Shown: positions 36,448 to 50,100 of the stretch, one piece after another
How the letters are laid out: every line of letters begins with the position of its first letter
Position numbering within the stretch: the first letter of the stretch is position 1
Origin: Phoronis australis
Lineage: Eukaryota; Animalia; Phoronida
Length of the DNA: 64,000 nucleotides
NCBI GenBank assembly: GCA_002633005.1
Contig: NMRA01000127.1
Coordinates: 442,438-506,437 of the forward strand
Reading direction: 5' to 3'
The notes under the pieces: generated by a model
Seen by the model: the letters and a program-made list of their open reading frames with translations, nothing else
Database searches by the model: none
Told to the model about the DNA's origin: nothing
Translations under genes and position numbers: made by a program

Positions 36448-39323
36448 GTGAGTGCCAGATTTGTTTAAATTCCTCTTAGATGTGTTTTTCACCACTCGCA
36501 CCTTTCCCTTAAATCCAATTGCTTTGCCACGGTGTTCGAACGGGAGGTTTCATCGCTGCTATCTTGATTTATTAAAGTTCCTACTTTGACTTGACCTTGT
36601 TAGCATTGCCTGCGACTTTTAGTAAAAAATTAGCTGTCATAATTACAGGCATTAGTTTGTTTTGCATGTGCAATTCAATTTCAAAACTTCTCGTCTTCAA
36701 AGTTTCATTTTTAACAGTGAAGTGTGTTAATTGAAAATATGGGAACATTTGAAGTTGAATTTCGCTCTGTTTAGCTGACGAACATAAAATGGATTTGGTG
36801 TAATTGTAATATTCCTTACGGTGATGTGGTTACATTTCAATCAACTGCAAGAACATGGAAACCGTCCGTGACTTCAGAAAACGTTTTAAAGCTTATTGCA
36901 GTTGGCCGAAACTAAACTCGCAATTCAAAAATGGCATATGAATGAATTGCCGGTTATTTCCATGGCCAGTTCATTTGGCACTTATTCAAGATCAGATGAT
37001 GAGTGTTGTACTGTTATTCAACCTCAAATCACTTTTGTTAAGAATTCAACATGGACTGCGAAACAGCGGCGAAATACCTTTTTAACGGAAAGTCAAAAAG
37101 GGTGCTGAGTGAAACAAAGAAACTGTGCTGGAGTAGGGGCAATGATCACTTAAAAGGGTCCCACATTTTTAGAACCCATTTGATGCCTGTTATTTGGTAG
37201 AAAAAAACTGGTTCTCAAATTGCAAGAGCCGGTAATAGACTGCTACCTTTGTAAGCAAAGCTTGTCCTTTACTTCTGCCAGTTCTGTGTTTCTGATATCT
37301 ATAATCTTGGCTGTATTTCTGTCTTGTGGAGTCGCTGTTACTCTTGTTTTAAACATTCTGGCCTATTCCTTTCCCTTCATTGTGTAAATGACAGTAGTCT
37401 TTTGCTAATTTTCAAAAAAACTTCTTTATTATTGACATCAAATGTGGTAATTTTTCATTTTTACACCAAATTAATTGATAAAATTGTAATTTTTCGTGTT
37501 TTGCAAGGACTGATTACCTTTCTTCAATTTATGGAAACATAAGAATATCTTATTTTATGTCACCTACGTTGTGAAAATTAAACCACTAATAGACTAAAAG
37601 TAATCTTTATTTATGTTAAAGAATTTGACGAAGTAAATTTCAATTCACCGCCACATTGTGTGCCGGATAGGGGAAGAGTTAGAGGACTGGTTGAATCTGC
37701 TAGTCACTTGTGAATTCCAGTGTGTCACTTACAGCCACCAGATGTCCTTAGCTCCTGGTTCAGCAGCCTGAATGTCTTGACATTGACCTTCAGTGTTGTG
37801 CCCTTGTGTGATAATCTTCTATTGATTTTGTCAAGTTCTCACTGTTCACTCGCTTACTAATGCACTCATCTCAACAGATGATGCCTAATAGTAGCCACAT
37901 ATTGGATGTAATTATTAAATAGCCAGTGATTAATTACTCTCTTCTCACACAAATAGATTTGTCATGGCTTAAACACGCTGATCTTCAACAAGACGGAGAC
38001 AGTATTCTAACTGAAGGATGTTAACTTATTCTAAGACATAATGTCACTAAAGATAGTGATAATAGCATTTATCATAAGTTCAATGAAGTCTTTTGTCTTT
38101 CTTAACTTGGTAATTAATTAGACAATAGTCATTTAGTAGGCTCACTTGTTAGTGAGGTTCCACACAATGTCAATACCATTTCACCGTGGATCATTTTCGA
38201 TCAAAAAACTTTGTTAGGCATTCACATTTTGTTCACTGTTTTTTTTTTGAAAAAATTCATAGGTGACATTTTAAGAATTAAGAGATTCTCAGTAGTAGTG
38301 GTTATTAAATGCACATTGTTTTGTTGATAATTAAACGTCATTTTTCCCCGCAAACTGATGACTAATCTCACATATTCCATTTCACTTTAATTAGTCCAAG
38401 ATCTATTTATGCTATTATTGTACATATAATCGCCTAGGAAACTAAGGTTGACTACGTTTTGTTGCCATGATCGTTGACTGCTGACGATACCTGCTTGCGT
38501 CAAGATGATAAGCTAATGTTAGCGAGTGTACGGTTTACCGGAAATATCATGAGATGTAAGGCGTGGTTGTAACCAGGCAGATCTCCACTGTTATTGACGT
38601 TACAATTTTAGAAATAAATCTAATTATGTCTCACCCCTCGGGGGGGAGGCATTACTATTTGAGTTCATTACATGGCTAACAAGTTAGACATTTGGTTGCC
38701 TTGGTAACCGCAAACAACAACAGGTATGTAATCCAAACTACCCGCTATTTTATCATTGTAAATCATAAGAATAAAATAGTTGAAATATGATTACTATCTT
38801 GTAAAATTTTATTCGCAAAACCTCCACAGAATTTGTCTTTTTTGTTGAATTTATTATTTTCTTTAACAAAGTGCCTGTTTAAGTTACAGAAAAATACCTG
38901 AATGTTCACTTTCCAGTCATCTGTGGTGATCTCATCATTGTTTTGTTTTGTTTCAATTCTTTTACGGTTTAATTAACACAATAGTGTGTTTTGGACATCA
39001 ACAAGGTGGCCATTGTATAGATGGGGAGATTTGCTTGAAATCACTAATGACTTGCGCGCATTAGTCGGTTTGACTGAGCTAGAACATTGGCATGCGATTG
39101 TTGACGAGACCAGCTTAATCAAAAATCAATAGAACGATCTGGTAAAAACAACTTTGTTTGTCGGAGTTGAAGAGTTCACTATAAACCACTGTAGGTGGAT
39201 CAAGACCTGTGCCAGCAAGAGATGTGATTAAACCTTCACCTTTGGCATTACAACTGAATGATCAGTTTGCTAATTATACTTACTGACTGCCTGCTTCTTT
39301 TGTTGTGTGCGTTGGTGTTGTTC

Positions 39324-39347
39324 TTGTTGTTGTTGTTGTTGTTGTTG
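39324..39347. repeat. (TTG)8 microsatellite
   Basis: Read directly from the sequence. Confidence 0.9.
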
Positions 39348-42089
39348 TACGTTTGACGATGAGATTTCCTGAGACAGATGGTAATTGTTTTTGTCTATTT
39401 CTGGCTAGCAATACATTTTGTTTTGCACCTTGCTAATGATCAGGTGTTAAAGGAGCTCTACAGAAATCATGGTGCTCATGTTGTTGACAGTGATAGCCGT
39501 CTATGAAGGGGACAAGTTGGAGTATGTGACTGGCTTGATTTGTTTCTTTTTGGTGGCGCACTGGTAAAAAGCAATTTTAGAAGTTAGAATATTACCTATA
39601 ACTAAACCTCATTCTAGTCTCTATTGCTCAGGTAACCTGACTGCATTATTTTTTGCAACACAAATAAATGACAATGCATTGAAATACAAATATTTAGCCC
39701 AGAAAGTGAACCATTACATCTAGGCTTTTTAACTTTAAAACAATGACTTACTTAAGTGAAACGTAATATTGAGCAAAAGCACCAAAAGTAAAAATGCACG
39801 AAAGTTTAGCTTTACACCATTCTGTTTCCATGGCAACCATGCACTTGTTAACCTGGCTGGTATTATACTTTCACTATAACCCTGCACTGGTCAGTGACAG
39901 TACAAGGTTGTTGGATTGATCTGTCTGCAACATGCCGGGAAATCGATTTAATTTCTTGGTCACCGATTTCCAGCTGACCCAGGTACAAATCTGGATTAAA
40001 CAGATTGGGGTTGGCTGTTTTTAACAAACACTGATATTTTTTAAATAATAATAGATGAAGTGAACATGTGGTTCATGTACTTGTTTTTAGAACTATCGTA
40101 AAATCTCAAATAATCATGTATCATATTTTATTTTTCTGCTTCTCACTCAAAATTTCTAGAAACATCATGTTATGGTAACTTTTATATAAAACTTGAAAAA
40201 GATAAAACTTATTTTGGTACTACTTGTGTTTTATGAAATTAAAATTTAAAAATGAAATTCCATCCGTCCACCACACGGTGTCCAGAATTGTTGACATTTT
40301 ACTACACATGTTTATTTGTATACTTAGTGTTGATCAAAAATGGAAAGTAAATTACAAAGTGCCCTTTCGTTTCTAATGATGTTTCTGTCAACAGAATAAC
40401 TACAGTCTTACATTACATTACATAACAATTTGACCTGGAAATAATTCTTTAAACTGGTGCTTGGTGTAGCAGTAACTAGTTACCGGCAACAAATTTCTTG
40501 CAAGTGCTCAACTGTTTTTGCAGCGAACTGAACATCTGATCCTGGTGATGCCTAAACCTGTGGTGACATCTGGTGGCTAAGTTAGTAGTTGCTTTCTGTG
40601 CTTTTCACTCTGGTAAAATGTTTAATCAACTTGTTTGTTGTTCTGAACTGAGGAGTGTTTACGAATTTGGTCCGATGCACAGATATTCAGGACTGTGAAA
40701 GCTACTCCAGCAGCTTTTAAAGGGACAATAACCCCCCTCCCCCTCCCTTCTATCATATACCACCTTTGATTTGGGCCACTAACTGTTATAAAAGGGAGTC
40801 CCATCTTGTTATTTTTAGACTTGAGACTGACATTCCCGTATTGAGGCAGGGTGAATGTAAAGTGAATATGATTGGAGGAGATTTATTGTAACCGATTTCA
40901 ATCCAAACTAAGAATAAGAACACCATTCCTGTACCAGAGCAGATTTCTCTGTGGAGAGAGTTGATGTTTTTAACAACAGATCGTGGTTTATCACGGCTTT
41001 AATTACTAGTAAGCATCAATTGGATATTAATTAGCGTAGACGAGAAATGAGTAGGAGTCAACGTCACTGTTGTACAAATTGAGTAAAAATATCATTAACA
41101 GTTTTGCCATGTTTTTGGTCCAAGTTGCTCGTTTTCACCATCGCCTATAGCATCAAGATGTTGATGCTGGTTTGGACATGTTGACAGTGGCCTTGGTGTG
41201 GAAGGACCTTAAAACTGATTATTTGTTGCATTTGAAAGATAGAAAAATGATCGTCTTTTGTGAATTTACTGAAAACTTAGGTACAGTGGTTATCAAATTA
41301 AATAGAGCAACATCAAAATTCAACAAAGCTTTGAAACACAAAACCCACGTCTAAGCATTGATTTATTTTCTACTAGAGTCTGGTCAATTCTGGATAAATA
41401 TCAACAGGTGTTGCTTTGTCCACGCTGTTGATGTCACGACGTGCCTCACAAGTCCTTTAATATATAGGCAGTTGGGAGCTAGGCGTAATAAGTCACACTG
41501 GATTCCCACGTAAGTTCACCAACGCTGTGGTTGCGGCAAAAGTTCCATTAAACTTTCCAGTGATTCTTGTTACACAATTATCCAGGTTTGGCAGAGTTCT
41601 GTTGAAGTCGGTCTCGTTCATTTACTATAGTAGATTACTTATATTGAATAAATTCATGAAGAAAGCTGTCAACAGTGTAGATTCCCACCAAGACATGAGC
41701 TCCCCTATGGTCGGATTACCTTCAACTGTATTGTACATCTGTAGGTTAAAATGTAGAACTCAGCTGGCTCCATCATGCACTCTGCGGATGTATTTTATTT
41801 TCATCGTGGCATGCTGTGTGTGTTTCGATGCCATAGTTTAGAAATTTCAAATTTTGATGTCGTAACCAAGTAACTGTTCTCATTTTGTGATTCACCAATC
41901 ATTCAATGGATGTGTCACCTAAAATCTACTTTGATATTTTGTTGATTATTTCAGCCTCCACTGAAAATTTCGTCTAAATCTATCCTGATGTTGTTTAGTT
42001 AAATCTAAGAAATGGTGTCTGACACATATAAAACTAAAACACAAACTCCTTTTACCTTATGGTCAAATCGTCCTATTTGGCTATTCTGC

Positions 42090-42577
42090 AAAACTGTAAA
42101 TTTTGACTCAGTAAAAGTATCCTCTTTCTGAAAGTACAAAGCCTGCAGAACATTGTTTTTTGCCTTTTTACCAATCTTTCATTAATTGGAATATGTGACC
42201 GTATGTTTATAGTCTAATTTAATAAAACGAAAGGTACATTCATAGCCAAACAATGGTATTAATGACATGACCAAAATGTTATTTGACACGAATGTTTTAG
42301 GTAAAATCTCAGCAACGCTGTTAGTGTTTTCTAAATTGTCGTTTCATTTTCGTTTTCTGCAAGTTTGGATTTTTTCTATAAAACTCATGAAAGTTCTTTT
42401 TGTTAACCTCATGCAAAAGTGAAACATTTCAGAAACAATTCCTAGCATTGTTTTAGAGAACAATGTATTAAACATGGCATTCAAAAGTTTCTTATGAATC
42501 CGATTTGTCATTTTTGAGATATTTTGTTCCGAAGTTAGCCAAGTTTGGAAATTTTTTATGGTCCTACATACCATTAA
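42090..42577 (+). mobile_element. Kolobok-like non-autonomous element, copy B
   Basis: AGTAAAAGTATCCTCTTTCTGAAAG ... CTCATGCAAAAGTGAAACATTT ... GGTCCTACATACCA|TTAA, colinear with 12835-13264 and 46905-47112. The left boundary is approximate. Confidence 0.6.
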
Positions 42578-43229
42578 ATATACACAGCTCCACAGCCCAG
42601 CTGGTGGTGCTGCAATCTCAAAACCTGCACCTGTACGCTACTTGTGACACATGGAAGGCAGGGTGGTACCAGTTATTTCTATTCAATTAAGCGCATTAGT
42701 GCTATCCAGCAAGTAGGGTTACCTTCAATTTTACTTGCTTCCGATTGCTGTGTTTTAGGTAACTAGCCAGGTTTGCCAATGTTAATAGGCCAAAATGTTG
42801 CCTCCTCACTTTTTGAATATTTTAAAACTCGGTGCACCTTTTCATTAAGTTTATATTGGATGCCTTTTCAATTTGGTAGAGAGAATGAAATATCCTGTAA
42901 TTCCACGTCACTTCTTTAAAGTGCCTCGAAACCTGCCTTCAATAACAAAAATACCTTTTGATTTAGACGTAACGTACCATTATGAAACTGGTCCCGAATT
43001 GATCCTTAATCTAATTTGCGATGATTTGAGGCTTCCAGTTTTTTATTGCTTGAAATTAAGCTTTACAAGGTGTCATGGCCTGTCATTGTATGCACCCAGT
43101 ATGGTCAGGTTCTATGCAAGTCCAGAGATCATATCTCATTTGAGCACGGCATAAGTTGATCTCAGTTTCATAACAGCAAGGGTCTAAATCAAAATTTCAC
43201 TTTTTGAACAAAACGCAAGTTTATAGGCG

Positions 43230-43372
43230 CTCTAAGATTATCTCAAACCTTATGTAGTGACTGTCATGCTAACTCGAATATCAAAAAAGCAGGCTTTGTT
43301 ATCTAGTAAAAGTATATATTTTCTGAAAGAAAAAAGATCAGAAATTATTAAATATATTTTATATTGATGTGC

Positions 43373-43430
<58 letters not shown>

Positions 43431-43625
43431 ACATCTTTTTCCAGTATAAATTTCATTTCTAAGAAAGGTACATCCATAGAAAAATAACCCAAACCCTTTT
43501 TAAATGAAAACTTCACAATTTAGTTCACTGCTGTAAGGAATTTTTGAATACTCTTTTATTTTTGTTTCTATACCAAATTAACTCGCAGAATGTCAGGTAT
43601 TTTTGTAAAAAATAGCAGTTGTACC
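43230..43625 (+). mobile_element. Kolobok-like element, left portion (copy D), interrupted by (ATT)n
   Basis: Starts CTAAGATTATCT. It contains AGTAAAAGTATATATTTTCTGAAAG and GGAATTTTTGA...TATACCAAATTAACTCGCA, which are shared with 62136-62480. Confidence 0.5.
43374..43427. repeat. (ATT)18 microsatellite
   Basis: Read directly from the sequence. Confidence 0.97.
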
Positions 43626-46511
43626 AGTATTCGTCTATCCTATGCTTTGCAAAAACTAGGTGTTTAAAAGGAAAATCCTTACAAAGTTTTTGAGATTGGT
43701 GAATAAATGTTAAAATTGGAAAGTTTTAGTGAAATTCACCAAGCCATTTTGGAGAACCATGTTCCTAAGTTGAAATTAATTAGATTTGACAAAGCTGACG
43801 CAAAGCAGAAAACGTCCTGAGTCTTCAAAATCTGACGGTTATCGCTTAATTATTCGGTGAAAACTTGTTTTTGGTTATTATAACTTACAAATACCTTAAC
43901 CGTGTTTGCTATTTCATCATTCACTCACAATCTCAATTGACTTTTCAGTTTGTAATTAACTTAATTATCATTAGAAATTTTTAATTTTGCGCCTTGTGAT
44001 CGAGTCAAGCTAGATAGATCAAGACGGGTTCAACTTAAAAAGTAAGCCAACAGTTCATTGTTATACACACCACGCGCAGGAAGACTGAAACCAAGTACAA
44101 AATGGACGACACAAGTCGAGTTGGTGGATAAAGCGCATCGTGAGCATGAGATCGAAATAGCAAAATGTCAAATTACCAATCAAATTAACAAATTTCGTTG
44201 AGGATTTATCTCTTTTCACAAGTTGCTGTGATCGTGAACTCAAAGTCGCAGAGGCTAGCACTGCAAGTCGGACTCGGTGCATTTGTTCTCAATGGTCATA
44301 TGTATGCAGATACACAACTTACTCAGGATCAAAATTATGTTTGTCTGTGTTTTCCCTGGTATCTTTCTATCCCGTGTACACCTCGTTGACTCATTATTAT
44401 GCCAGCGCTATGAATGAAAGGTCTGAGGGTACCTACAGAACTGCTCTATGCCTGGCAGGAGATTCGACTTGACTGACAGCCTTGTAATCTGACCTCGGAT
44501 AAGCAGTAAACAAATTTCAACGTGGTTGTGCGGTTCCAAGGTGGTTCTTCTAGATCTTTTTTCGTGCTACACAATATATATTTCGTATGAAGATAAGGTA
44601 TTTTGCTAGACGTGAAATATTGTAAAAACGGCTAATATTTGTGAGCAAAGTTTGAAATACCGCTTTTTGGAAAAAACCCAAATGTCACCATTGAAATGTC
44701 TTTACTAGGATCAAATTGGTGTATTCTTGGCCATAAAACTAATGTGTGTACGTCATTTACCCAAGGACCTGGCAAATAGCTGTTAAAAAGCTACAAGTCA
44801 ATTGTGCACTTGAGTCATCGCACGCACGTCTGCAAATGACTGGTAAAAAAAGGGGTGCTATAATTTGATTTGATTTAGAGACAAGTACTTGAAATGATGA
44901 GCCAAGTAATGAGGTCTAAATGACTGGCTGGTGTCTGTGTATGTATCATTGCACTTAGTGCATGAAAAGGTACATTTCCTCGTACGTCATAAGTGAATTT
45001 ATGTCCGTGCGTTTTGTGCCGTCATTTTTAAAACGCCTGCTTCTTGGGTTGATTTTAGTGAATTTGACTATTTGACTAATGTGACACGGTAGTTTATATT
45101 TTTGTCACTTTGAAATTGTGTCCATAAGTTATAAGTCACCTGTGTTTGTGTCGTTTTCGATGAAAATGTTAAAGATGTTATAAGCTCGAGTTCCATCAAA
45201 AAAACCACCTTTTGATTACGCGACAGTACTACCGTAAAACTGATCTCAAGACGAGGCTGGACGCTTAGTATAATGTCAACTTGTCGAATGCAACTTCACC
45301 TCGGTCATGATCACATCTTGGGGTGTGAAAACCGGCACGTTGACCCAAGTGTCAATCATTGTTTTATTACATGATTAAATCCTGTTTGGGCTTTCGATCA
45401 TATGTCGACCATTTCTCGTTGGGTTTGTTAGCTACCAGTTTGGTGCCCAAAACTCTGTGGAGAGATTTTGAAACAACTTGCAGGAGATGGTCACAATGGA
45501 CAAAGGAGCAGTTGATTTTATTTTTGGAAAGATATCGTGTTTGCTGTCATGCAATGGTAGTTTTTAATGGAAAAGGATTGACAAACTTCATTCAGTTATG
45601 TCATTGTGATCGCAAGTTCTTGTCAGCATGCTCAGTGCCAGCACGCTAAAGTCTATGCAAATGATGTCTATTGAAAGGCATTGGGAACTACCCTTTCATA
45701 ACACACCTTTTTATGCAATAACATAATGAAGATAACTGTGATGCCCTGATGGAGTTATACATTCACCGGGTGGTGTATTTTTATGTTTTTATATAATGTC
45801 AGAACCTAGATGACGTGAAAAGGCTTAAAAAAAGCTTTTTAGTTGAGAAACGTGCTGGTGGCAAGGTGGTGACTAACGAACAGAAGAATTCCAGGATGGA
45901 ATCGCGATCAAATCTTCATTACTTCACAGAAATGTTTTTTAAAGTTATTGAAATGGCGTTACCATTGTAGTCGTCAATGTCAGGGTATGAGGGGTCAATA
46001 AGGAAAATAATGTCTCCGAAGTATTAACCATTGGTGAGTTTATAGCTTAATAATCTGTCCTTATCATGTAATAATGCTTTTTAATACCTTCTTAATTATT
46101 TTTCAATTTATGACTTTGTTTTATTAAAGGATCATTGATTATAATTAATGTTTTCAAATACCATAAGTATACAAAACATGGTGAGCCAGACCCTGGCTGT
46201 CAACTCTCCCGCAGCTTGCCTTTTGCACACTTTTGAAAGCGCTGGCAGTCGAAGAGAATCCATTACTCTTCAAATTGTATTTTTATCGCAAAAATTTATA
46301 ATCTCTTGAACTTGCTATTGTTTGACTAGTCGTGTCATTTCTTACTTTCGTATACGTAGCCACAAAACTGTAGATTTTAACACAGTAAAACAATATATTT
46401 CCTAAAAGTAGACAGCCAGTAGAGTTTGATCATGCAATGGAATAGGGTTTTTTGTTTGATCTTCACTTTTCACTATTTATCAGTCTGACACCGATTGTGT
46501 CACAAGGTCGT

Positions 46512-46748
46512 GGGCCTGCTACAAGATAGTGACTTAAGTTCATTTTTGACTTAAGTTTAAGATTTGTCTTAACTTACAAACTTTGAAACTTCCGCATTCG
46601 GTAAGTCAGTCAAAATTAAGGCAAAATTTATGTCAAACACTTAAGTCAAACTTAAGATCTCTTTCTTGAATTGGTTTTGAGACAAATTTAACTTTTATTT
46701 TGAAATTTACTAAAATTTAAGATTTGTCCGTTTTGTTGGAACGGTCTT
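46512..46748. mobile_element. Degenerate foldback/MITE-like element built of CTTAAG motifs
   Basis: TTTGACTTAAGT (~46546) and ACTTAAGTCAAA (~46639) are inverted. TTTAAGATTTGTC is repeated. The termini are degenerate. Confidence 0.4.
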
Positions 46749-46904
46749 TAGTAAAATTTAGCAAAAAGTGAAGGTACACTGGTGCAGAACAACGCTATCA
46801 ATAACATGACCAAATTTCAGTTGTAAATTTTCAAGTTAAATTCTCAAAAATGCTGTTACAGTTCTCTATATTATTTCATTTTCATTTTATACCACTCTTG
46901 TTTT

Positions 46905-47112
46905 TTCAGAAAAATGATACAAGTCCAACTGTTTGATAGTCTCTCATGTAAAACCAGAATATGTTGAAATAATTCTTACCAGCATTTTGGATAACAGTGC
47001 ACAAAACACATTATCTGAAAGTTACACATGAATCCGATCGTTCATTTCAGAGAAATGAAGTTCCGAAGTTGGTCAAATTTGGCCACTTTTGTAGGGTCCT
47101 GCATAACCCTAA
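46905..47112 (+). mobile_element. Kolobok-like element, right portion (copy C)
   Basis: TTTGATAGTCTCTCATGTAAAA...ATGAATCCGAT...GTTCCGAAGTT...GGGTCCTGCATAACCCTAA is colinear with copies A and B. Confidence 0.6.
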
Positions 47113-50100
47113 GAATGTACTGCTATGGTAGAGTTTCCTCACATTCGAACAATGTCCAAAATTATAACATTTTTAATTTTCAAATGTTTGTTTTATTGCC
47201 AATTTTTTCAAAATGTTGCCGCGTGTTTGCTGATGACACCGCTACTCTACATAGTTTTCAAATAATCAAGTAAAATTGTCTTCAGGTTAACTTCTGTTGA
47301 AAAATGCGGCAAAATAAAATTGTACTGTTCAGCCATATTGTGTTCTAATGTTCTGATTTGAAGAAACTTTACCATAACAATCATTCAAGTTGACTCAGGG
47401 ACAAGTGAGGAACAATAAATTAGGCTCTACTCAGCTTTTCAATTTTTTATGTCAACTTCGTAGCTCACTGTGCAACTGTGACGAATGGTGAACCAATTTT
47501 AGAACCTGCATTCCATCCAAGTTTTGTTTCAATCACTTATCGCTGTAAAATTGGTTGCTACTCAAATAAGAAACTGTATCTAGGTTTACAAAGAACTGTG
47601 CATGCTCAAGGTATAACATGAGGGGCCATAACAATGTTAGCCAACTAGTCTCAACTGAACAATAAATAACTGTCATTTTGAATCCCTGTAATCACCTGTA
47701 TTTTTTTCTTAAGAAAGGTTTACACCTATTTCATAACCATGAGTGGTTTGAATGAAGTGTTGTTTTTGTGACGGAAGGCATGCCGAGCGCTTTTAAGCGA
47801 TACATGTTATTTTCTAACAGTTCAAATGACACTAACAATGTTATTAATGTCATAGTACTATTAGAAAATAAGTTCATAAGTACCTAGCTAACCTCACCCA
47901 TGCCAGTTCACTATTACTTATTCATATGACTTATTGGTAGGTGCAACTTATTTACAAATTCCTGCTAGCTACTTAGTGATTCATCAACTGTGAATAGTCT
48001 GAGAATAGTTTGCAACGTGTGACTACTGAACGCTGTCTTTATTGGTTATTAGTTTGTAATTAGCCGGTCTTGGTGATATCTCTGCCTATAAAATAGCCAA
48101 ATTGATCACTGACTTAGCCTGTACTAATTAAGCACAGCTTGTCTTGTAGCAACTGTCCTGGTTGAAGGCATCATTGACATGCATCAATTATTGTACAGCT
48201 TTATGCCCAGGTTGAGCTGGCTATGTTAACAGGCTATTATCCATAGTTATTTCATTCCTAATCACAATACTAAAGATTTTAACTTTCATTAGTGTGTTAA
48301 AGGTGCTTGTGAAAACATAAGGCATTGTAGTCATCCCTGAGCGACAAGCGTGAATGAATATTTAACCAATAAAACATTGCAGTAGATAAGGCACTTCAGT
48401 TGGCAAGCCCTGCACCACTGGTGTTTAATATATTGATTAGCACCACTATGATCCTAATAGCCACAAACAGCCAGCCAAATTATTTGTCAAAGCTTGGCGT
48501 TTTGTTCCCTGCACAGTGGTTTAACATAAGAACCAGTATCAAATCTAGTTCTGCTTGCCAGCTATCCTAGAAGATTAACCGGACTAGTCCATTCTGCCTC
48601 CATCTGAGGGATCATAGGCATTGACTCTCGATTTAAGGAATTTGAAAGACCAAACATTAATTTCAAGACTATGGCAATATGTTTCATTATTTCATTGAAT
48701 ATCATCTTTGGATTGAATTAACCAGTCAGTGCAAATTATATTGGGAAACAATAGGGTCTTCCATATTCAACTTGCTCAACACCCCTTCTAGTGGTCTTTG
48801 TTATATGGATGGCCAGTGAATGGTAATAAGATCATAGCAGTTGTGTATTATATATACACTTGGCCTCAGTCTAGCTACTCTACAGACAAGCTTTTGTGAA
48901 GCCCTTATCAAGGACTTAACTGGGACAGCTTTATAACAGAACTGAACATAGCTACAATGTCTTGGACATGGTGAGAGTTGACATTTATTTACAGTAGTCA
49001 CATTTTGTTGGTAGCTCATGCAGTTGTGATTGTTGTCTGATTTTTTACTATTAGGATTCATTTACTGGCGATTGGTGGGTGAATTAATGCTGTGAAAGGT
49101 GTGTGTGGGTGCATTATCAGGGGATCCCCCACAGGCAGTTTGGTGAAAACTGGGATTAGCCTTCCAATAGGGGGTTGAGGATAAGGTATTCAAGTGGTAG
49201 AACATTTTAATGTGAGGGACTTGTCTCAGCTGGTGATACCCCTGGCGCTGGAACATTTGCAGTATGGAGAAGTGATGAGTGGTTCGGAAGGCAGACATGG
49301 CCTCGAGGCAGGTTGCTGACCCACGTGGGGAGGGCTTACCCACTCAGTATGATGCCCATGGTGATGATCTAATAGGAAGAGTAATCTCAGCTCCACTGTG
49401 TATACGGAATTATTTTCAGACCTTTATTGCTAGGATTCTAGATGGTCTGTACATACCGTAAAGCGGGTAATATACCGCCACATTCGACTGATTTCCCCTA
49501 CTCAGACTCAGTGGTGTATTTAACATACCTTTCTCTGGACAGGGTCGGCTTAATTAGGCGAGGTCACCATTGTTGAATCAGGTACACAATGTTCTATGGT
49601 TGTGTGTCAGTTAACCTACATTCAGCAGATAAGATAGCCTGTAATTTTATGCCTAGGATTCTGTCAGTGAAGCAGACCTCCTGACTAGGGATTCGCTGTG
49701 ACCCAGTTTTAACACACAGTGCCAGTGTCTGGTATTAGAGAGAGCACTTCTTGAAATGCAAGTCATTTGCTGATAGCAACACAGGCGTACTGGGTTTAAT
49801 AGCTGATGATCTGCCAGTGAAGAGTTCACATCCTCTATGACCCCAGAGCACGCTGTGAACAATCACCCAGTGTGACTGTCACATGCTAATGTTCACACAT
49901 ATCACTTGATGCTCTGGCTAGGTGGTATATGAAATGTGCCTGGATTCTCAGCAACTCAAGGGGGAAGGGATTATGCAAGCTACTCCTCACCTGTGGCCTC
50001 GCTCCCCTTCACTTCAGTTTAATCCCCCTCTCCACTTGGCCCTCACTGGACCTGTCAACAAAACTTGTTGAAGGTTTCTGTGCTTTGTGCTGTGGCTGAT

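Noticed and set aside
43250-43516. Poly-Ile ORF (and the CVCVCV ORF at 12686-12868, and the repeat ORF at 52427-52801)
   Set aside because: These are translation artefacts of micro- and minisatellites.
45420-45535. Resemblance to Helentron/HINE-type repeat internal sequence
   Set aside because: Similarity is from memory only, with no termini or second copy found in the window.
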